This document shows positions 1 through 4,283 of a DNA stretch of 4,283 nt, piece by piece. Every line of letters begins with the position of its first letter. The stretch's first letter is position 1. The notes beneath the pieces are model-generated. The model was not told where the DNA came from, made no database searches, and worked only from the letters and a program-made list of their open reading frames with translations. The position numbers were made by a program, and so were the translations under genes. The stretch is from a virus (lineage: Duplodnaviria > Heunggongvirae > Uroviricota > Caudoviricetes), in the IMG/VR virus record IMGVR_UViG_2537561979_000002, positions 1 through 4,283 of that record; one strand, written 5' to 3'.

Positions 1-47
1 AGGATGTGACGTGGAACATTGTCACCGGATAACACGCGGAGAATGTT

Positions 48-704
48 ATGGGGAAACTGAGATACCGTAACCTCGTTCCCGCTGAAGGAATGAGTAACAT
101 GTTTGTCAATATCCGGCTGGCAACCAGCCCGCAGGCAGTGAAGCGCATTGCCGCGCATGTGGGTAAGGAGCTGCGGCGCGTGAACCAGAGCCGGATGCGC
201 GCCCAGAAAGCGCCGGACGGTTCGGTGTGGACACGCCGTAAACGCCGTATATCACGCCTTCAGGAGCGCATCAGCTTTATCTGGCAAAACCAGAACCGCA
301 CCCTGAAAAACTGGCATCACGGTTCAGGAAAATACGGCCAGACCATCACCGGCTGGGATGAAGACCGGAGCGGCATACGTACCTTTTACCGGAGTGATAT
401 CCTCCGTTTCCTTGAAATCAGGACACGCCGCATCAACCGTGACACCACAAAAACGGTGCCGATGTTTGCGAAGCTGCGCACGGCCCGTTATCTGAAAGTG
501 AAGGCGGACGCATCAGGTGTGACGGTGGGCTACAGCGGCGTGGCGGCACGCATTGCCCGCGTTCACCAGTTCGGGGAGCGCGACCGGGTGGCCGCAGGGA
601 TGTATACGGATTATCCGGCCCGTGAACTTCTTGGAATAACACCGGCAGATGAACGACTTATTCAGCGTATCATTATGGACAATATCGCGAGGGCTGTGGC
701 ATGA
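48..704 (+). CDS. S: Phage virion morphogenesis / tail completion protein (P2 gpS-like)
   Basis: ORF of 218 aa in frame 3. The C-terminal part (ARIARVHQFGERDRV...YPARELLGITPADERLIQRIIMDNI) resembles the conserved C-terminus of the phage virion morphogenesis family (P2 S / Mu G type) as I recall it. GGAG at 38-41 lies 6 nt upstream of ATG 48. Its stop overlaps the V start (ATGA at 701-704). The position immediately upstream of V matches P2 synteny. The start is uncertain: in-frame ATGs also occur at 90 and 99, and the product is longer than the roughly 150 aa I remember for this family. Confidence 0.7.
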   Translation: MGKLRYRNLVPAEGMSNMFVNIRLATSPQAVKRIAAHVGKELRRVNQSRMRAQKAPDGSVWTRRKRRISRLQERISFIWQNQNRTLKNWHHGSGKYGQTITGWDEDRSGIRTFYRSDILRFLEIRTRRINRDTTKTVPMFAKLRTARYLKVKADASGVTVGYSGVAARIARVHQFGERDRVAAGMYTDYPARELLGITPADERLIQRIIMDNIARAVA

Positions 705-1282
705 ACGCGGAATTAATGCGCCTTATCAGCAACATCATCAGAACCGGCGTGATTTTCGACGTGAACCCGCAGACCTGGGAGGTCCGGGTGCGCAGTGGCG
801 GACTGGAGACAGGCTGGCTTCGCTGGAGCACCGCGCGGGCGGGCGCGTTCAGTGTCTGGGTGCCGCCAGCCACCGGTGAACAGGTGGCGTTCGTCTGTAT
901 CGGTGGTAATCCCGAAACCGCGATAATCATCGGCAGCCTCTGGAGCGATGATATCCCGGCACCGGGCAGCACACTGAAGGAAATCATCATGACAGCACCG
1001 GACGGTGCGGTATTCCGCTACGATGCAGACGCCGGTGCACTGGAGGTTAAGGGGATTAAAACAGCCAGCATTCAGGCCGACACGCGCATCACCCTGGACA
1101 CGTCGGAGGTGGTGTGTACCCGCAAACTTATCACCGCCACCCTGGAGGTGCAGAACGGCGGCGAGATGCGCGGCAGCATATCCCACAGCGGCGGCAGCCT
1201 GACATCCAACGGTATCACCGTTCATACGCACACCCACGGTGGCGTCAGGACGGGCCCGGGCACCACGGGAGGCCCGCAATGA
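701..1282 (+). CDS. V: Baseplate assembly protein V (baseplate hub/spike, P2 gpV-like)
   Basis: ORF of 193 aa. The N-terminus (IRTGVIFDVNPQTWEVRVRSGGLETGWLRW) fits the gpV OB-fold spike family pattern. GAGGG at 689-693 lies 7 nt upstream of ATG 701. The start overlaps the S stop and the stop overlaps the W start (ATGA at 1279-1282), indicating translational coupling. Size is close to P2 gpV. Confidence 0.88.
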   Translation: MNAELMRLISNIIRTGVIFDVNPQTWEVRVRSGGLETGWLRWSTARAGAFSVWVPPATGEQVAFVCIGGNPETAIIIGSLWSDDIPAPGSTLKEIIMTAPDGAVFRYDADAGALEVKGIKTASIQADTRITLDTSEVVCTRKLITATLEVQNGGEMRGSISHSGGSLTSNGITVHTHTHGGVRTGPGTTGGPQ

Positions 1283-1629
1283 CCGCTGTTTACAGGGGGA
1301 TGAACCCGCAGGGAACCGGCACGCTGAGCGACAGCGAACACCTGAAAAACAGCGTGCGGGATATCCTGACCACACCGCCAGGCAGCCGGGTGATGCGCCG
1401 CGAATACGGCAGCCTGTTACCGGACCTCATCGACGAGCCCATGAACGACACCACGCGTTTACAGTGCATGAGCGCCACGGTGACTGCGCTGGCGCGCCAT
1501 GAACCCCGTATAGCACTGCAGAACGTCGATGTGAACTGGCGGGCTGGCGGACGCGCCGTGGTGACGTTATCCGGCATCATCACCGAAACCATGCAGAACA
1601 TCACATTCAGTATCACCCTGAGGGAGTAA
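1279..1629 (+). CDS. W: Baseplate wedge protein W (GPW/gp25 family)
   Basis: The track ORF 1114..1629 is trimmed to internal ATG 1279 (MTAVYRGMNPQ...), giving 116 aa. This start is preceded by GGGAGG at 1267-1272 with 6 nt spacing and overlaps the V stop codon. The sequence (SVRDILTTPPGSRVMRREYGSLLPDLIDEP) fits the GPW/gp25 signature, and the size matches P2 gpW. Confidence 0.88.
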   Translation: MTAVYRGMNPQGTGTLSDSEHLKNSVRDILTTPPGSRVMRREYGSLLPDLIDEPMNDTTRLQCMSATVTALARHEPRIALQNVDVNWRAGGRAVVTLSGIITETMQNITFSITLRE

Positions 1630-1632
1630 ATC

Positions 1633-2529
1633 ATGCCTTCCGTTGACCTGTCACAGTTACCGGAACCGGCCATCATCGCGCAGCCGGATTTTGAGTCCAT
1701 CCTGGCAGACATTAAAACCATGATGGTGAGCTCCTTCCCGGAAGAATACCGCGCCGCCGTCACCCGTGCCCTTACTCTGGAATCCGAGCCATTGAACATC
1801 ATTTCCCAGGCCATGGCCTTTCGTGAAATGCTGCTTCGCCAGCGCATCAATGAAGCCGCCCGCGCCTGCATGCTCAGCCACAGCCGGGGCAGTGACCTGG
1901 ACAATCTGGCCGCCAACAACAACACCCACCGCCTGGTCATTCATCCGGCCACTGATACCACGGAAGCAGTGATGGAAAGCGACACATCGCTGCGTCTGCG
2001 TGCCCAGTCAGCCTGGGACGGCCTGAGTGTGGCCGGACCGTCCGGCGCGTATGAGTATTTTGCCCGGAGCGCAAGCGGTCTTGTCCGTGATGCGCGCGCC
2101 ATCAGCCCGTCACCGGCCACAGTCACCGTCTCCATCCTGTCAGCAGACGGTGACGGCACCGCCGGTGAGGCGTTACTGAACACGGTGCGCACCGCCCTGA
2201 ATGCCGAGAACGTGCGCCCGGTTGCCGACCGCCTGACTGTGCAGAGTGCTACCATCGTGAACTGGGTAATGGAAGCGAAGCTGTATTTTTATCCAGGGCC
2301 GGAGTCTGAACCCATGCTTGCGGCCGCTGACGCCGCTTTCCGTGCATGGCTGGCAGACCAGGGCCGTATCGGTCAGGACGTGGCCCTGTCAGCCATCACT
2401 GCAGCGCTGCATGTTCACGGTGTCCAGCGCGTTGAGGTCATAAAACCCACGCAGAACATCACCATCAGTGACACTCAGGCAGCCAGATGTACCACATTCA
2501 GCATCAGCGAAGGAGGACGCAATGAGTGA
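1633..2529 (+). CDS. J: Baseplate assembly protein J (P2 gpJ-like)
   Basis: ORF of 298 aa, starting 3 nt after the W stop. AGGGAG at 1621-1626 precedes ATG 1633. Size and position are as in P2 gpJ. The stop TGA at 2527-2529 overlaps the I start (ATGAGTGA). Confidence 0.88.
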   Translation: MPSVDLSQLPEPAIIAQPDFESILADIKTMMVSSFPEEYRAAVTRALTLESEPLNIISQAMAFREMLLRQRINEAARACMLSHSRGSDLDNLAANNNTHRLVIHPATDTTEAVMESDTSLRLRAQSAWDGLSVAGPSGAYEYFARSASGLVRDARAISPSPATVTVSILSADGDGTAGEALLNTVRTALNAENVRPVADRLTVQSATIVNWVMEAKLYFYPGPESEPMLAAADAAFRAWLADQGRIGQDVALSAITAALHVHGVQRVEVIKPTQNITISDTQAARCTTFSISEGGRNE

Positions 2530-3084
2530 CAGGAAAAAACAGACAGCGCACAGCACAGTACATCACTGCTTCCACCGTCCGCAGGGCCATTCATGCGCGC
2601 CACAGAGGCGACAGGAGTACGCATCAGTACCATACCGGTGGACGCCGACACCCTGTGGTCGCCGGACCGCTGCCCTGCTCACCTCCTGCCCTACCTTGCA
2701 TGGGCATGTTCCGTTGACAGCTGGGACCGCAACTGGCCGGAAGAGACCAGGCGACAGGTGATTCGGGACGCATGGATGATACATCGCCACAAAGGGACCA
2801 TCAGTGCACTCCGCCGCATCGTTGAACCACTGGGCTACCTCATCCGTGTATCAGAATGGTGGGAGTTTGACGGCTCGCCCGGGACCTTCACCATTGAGAT
2901 TGGCACACTTGAAACCGGAGTAAGTGAAGAGCTGCATGAAGAAATGGAGCGTCTGATTGCCGATGCGCGCCCCGTCAGCCGCCACCTCGTGGGGCTTAGT
3001 ATCATCCAGGAAATACACGGTGCCATTTACGCCGCTGCCGCAGGTTACGACGGCGACATCATCACCATTTACCCGGAAGACTGA
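2522..3084 (+). CDS. I: Phage tail protein I (P2 gpI-like), reading frame interrupted near the N-terminus (frameshift; possible pseudogene or sequencing error)
   Basis: AGGAGG at 2511-2516 lies 5 nt upstream of ATG 2522 (frame 2), which overlaps the J stop. The gpI-like body, including the conserved N-proximal SLLPP motif at about 2563-2577 and the later LWSPDRCPAHLLPYLAWACSVD region, is in frame 1 and runs to the stop at 3082-3084. Frame 1 has no start codon between the J stop and ATG 2593. The frame-2 continuation from 2522 to 2761 is R/P/H-rich and not protein-like. Adding one A to the A6 run at 2534-2539 would give a continuous protein of about 187 aa (MSDRKKTDSAQHSTSLLPPSAGPF...). Confidence 0.8.
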
Positions 3085-3087
3085 ACC

Positions 3088-4283
3088 ATGAGCACGAGAA
3101 AATTCAGAACCCTTATCACCGACATCGGGCTGGCAAAGCTGGCCGCAACAACGGCGCCTGGCGGTAGACCTGTACGCCTTACGCACATGGCTGTAGGGGA
3201 CGGCAATGGAGAGCTTCGTCAGCCGCAGAAAAACCAGACATCGCTTTACAATGAGGTTTGGCGCCAGTCTGTCAACCGCGTCTTCACCGACCCGGAGAAC
3301 CCGAACCGCCTCATCGCCGAACTGGTCATTCCTCCTGAAACCGGCGGATTCTGGGTGCGTGAAATTGGTGTGTTTGATGATACAGGTACAATGATTGCAG
3401 TAGGAAATACCGCTGAAAGTTACAAGCCCACCAGAGAGGAAGGTTCAGGGCGGGCGCAGATATTCCGTGCAGTAATCACCGTCACCTCCGACGCCGTGGT
3501 GGAACTGGTCATGGACACAACAACAATTCTGCCGACCACGGACTACATTGATGAGAAAATAGCGGAACACGCACGTTCCCGTAACCACCCTGACGCGACA
3601 CTGACAGAAAAAGGATTCACCCAACTGAGCAGCGCCACAAACAGCACCTCTGAAACACTGGCCGCCACACCGAAGGCCGTCAAGGCTGCATATGACCTTG
3701 CAGCCGGTAAAGCACCCGCCAGCCACACCCACCCGTGGAATCAGATAACAGGTGTGCCATCAGCCTCGCTGACGGCAAAAGGCACCGTACAGCTGAGCAG
3801 TGCCACAAACAGTGAGTCAGAGACTGAGGCCGCCACCCCCAAAGCGGTTAAAGCCTTACACGATATGGCTGACGAGCAAGTATACAGGACAGGATGCAAC
3901 CACCGGACGCAAAGGCATCGTACAGCTAAGCAGCGCCACAAACAGCAATTCCGAAACGCTGGCGGCCACACCAAAAGCTGTTAAAGCTGCGTATGACCTT
4001 GCCAACAGCAAAGCCTCGGCAGCCCACACTCATCGCTGGGCTCAGATCACAGACGCCCCTGTTTTTTCGTCTGTTGCCCGCGTCATCATGGGTAAACAAA
4101 GCATAAAAGATATTCTTGATTACTTTGGTTTAGGAGAAGGCTCGACGCTGCCAGTTGGCGTACCCGTTCCGTGGCCTTCGTCAAGACCACCTGAGGGGTG
4201 GTTACAGTGCAACGGTGCCGCATTCACGCGTACAAAATACCCAAAACTGGCGGTGGCCTACCCTGACCTCAGGCTACCAGATT
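3088..4283 (+). CDS. H: Tail fibre protein (P2 gpH-like N-terminus), partial at the 3' end of the window and frame-interrupted near 3871-3877
   Basis: Starts at ATG 3088, 3 nt after the I stop, with GGAAG at 3075-3079. The N-terminal roughly 170 aa (FRTLITDIGLAKLAATTAPGG...ELVIPPETGGFWVREIGVFDDTGTMIAVGNTAESYKP...) closely resemble the P2 H baseplate-attachment domain as I recall it. This is followed by repeats of the motif KGxVQLSSATNSxSETxAATPKAVKA. The frame-1 ORF ends at 3984 after a non-protein-like tail, while frame 2 is open from 3797 to the window end and encodes the third repeat plus a collar-like region (EGWLQCNGAAFTRTKYPKLAVAYPDLRLPD). The gene therefore continues past 4283 in frame 2. 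Confidence 0.85.
3604..4050 (+). repeat. Three imperfect direct repeats within the tail fibre gene (cores about 3611-3702, 3778-3870, 3911-4003)
   Basis: Each core encodes KG(F/T/I)(T/V)QLSSATNSxSETxAATPKAVKAxxDxA. Copies 1 and 3 share a 19-nt identical run (agcagcgccacaaacagca) and are each followed by an HTHxWxQIT motif. Copy 2 is more diverged and lacks that extension. Confidence 0.8.

Noticed and set aside
1-70. Possible 3' end of an upstream gene (frame-2 reading open from the window start to TAA at 68-70)
   Set aside because: It is too short and lacks a start, so no product can be assigned. It may be the end of a gpR-like tail completion gene, but that is speculation.
1114-1278. Upstream extension of the W reading frame (track ORF 1114..1629)
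   Set aside because: The extension overlaps the 3' end of V in another frame and is arginine/histidine-rich junk. ATG 1279 has a good Shine-Dalgarno and the standard ATGA overlap with the V stop, so W starts at 1279.
713-1375. Minus-strand ORF of 220 aa
   Set aside because: It is entirely antisense to the well-supported V and W genes, its translation is R/A/G-rich with no recognisable family features, and long antisense ORFs are expected by chance in GC-rich coding DNA.
1290-1940. Minus-strand ORF of 216 aa
   Set aside because: It is antisense to W and J, has no ribosome-binding site context, and has a low-complexity composition. It is most likely an artefact.
1657-2255. Minus-strand ORFs of 95 and 104 aa
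   Set aside because: Both lie antisense within baseplate J and are glycine/alanine/arginine-rich, the usual antisense artefact.
2468-2761. Frame-2 ORF (97 aa) and frame-0 ORF 2526..2717 as independent small genes
   Set aside because: The frame-2 ORF is only the out-of-frame run-on from the genuine gpI start at 2522, and the frame-0 ORF is a GTG-initiated overlap. Neither has protein-like composition.
3900-3984. Basic, low-complexity C-terminus of the frame-1 fibre ORF (RTQRHRTAKQRHKQQFRNAGGHTKSC)
   Set aside because: It is not a real domain. It is repeat 3 of the fibre read out of frame after the frameshift near 3871-3877.
3604-4050. Diversity-generating retroelement (variable repeat / template repeat pair) in the tail fibre
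   Set aside because: Differences between repeat copies are spread over all four bases rather than concentrated at adenines, the copies are in-frame structural modules of the shaft, and no reverse transcriptase gene is in the window.
3088-4283. Invertible tail fibre segment (Gin/Cin/Pin-type host-range switch)
   Set aside because: No inverted crossover repeats or recombinase gene are visible in the window, and the variable distal part lies beyond the 3' end, so this cannot be assessed.
1-4283. CRISPR array, tRNA/rRNA genes, IS elements or rho-independent terminators
   Set aside because: I saw no short direct-repeat/spacer periodicity, no cloverleaf-like or rRNA-like segments, no terminal inverted repeats or transposase-like ORFs, and no GC-rich hairpin followed by a T-run in the tiny intergenic gaps.

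Overview
The window is one contiguous plus-strand block of a P2-like (Peduovirus-type) myophage tail module, most likely part of a prophage in a GC-rich enterobacterial genome. Gene order and translated products match the P2 late operon: S-like virion morphogenesis/tail completion protein, baseplate spike V, baseplate W (GPW/gp25 family), baseplate J, tail protein I, and the 5' portion of tail fibre H, which runs off the 3' end of the window. The genes are tightly packed, with ATGA-type stop/start overlaps and Shine-Dalgarno motifs ahead of the starts. No rRNA, tRNA, CRISPR array, integrase or transposase is visible, and the minus strand shows only antisense ORFs. I do not see a new system here. 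The notable observations are two apparent single-nucleotide frameshifts in essential structural genes: one in gpI at an A6 run, and one in gpH between the second and third fibre repeats. The fibre also carries a three-copy imperfect repeat array followed by the start of a collar-like receptor-binding region. All family assignments are from reading the translations against remembered family signatures; no database search was run.
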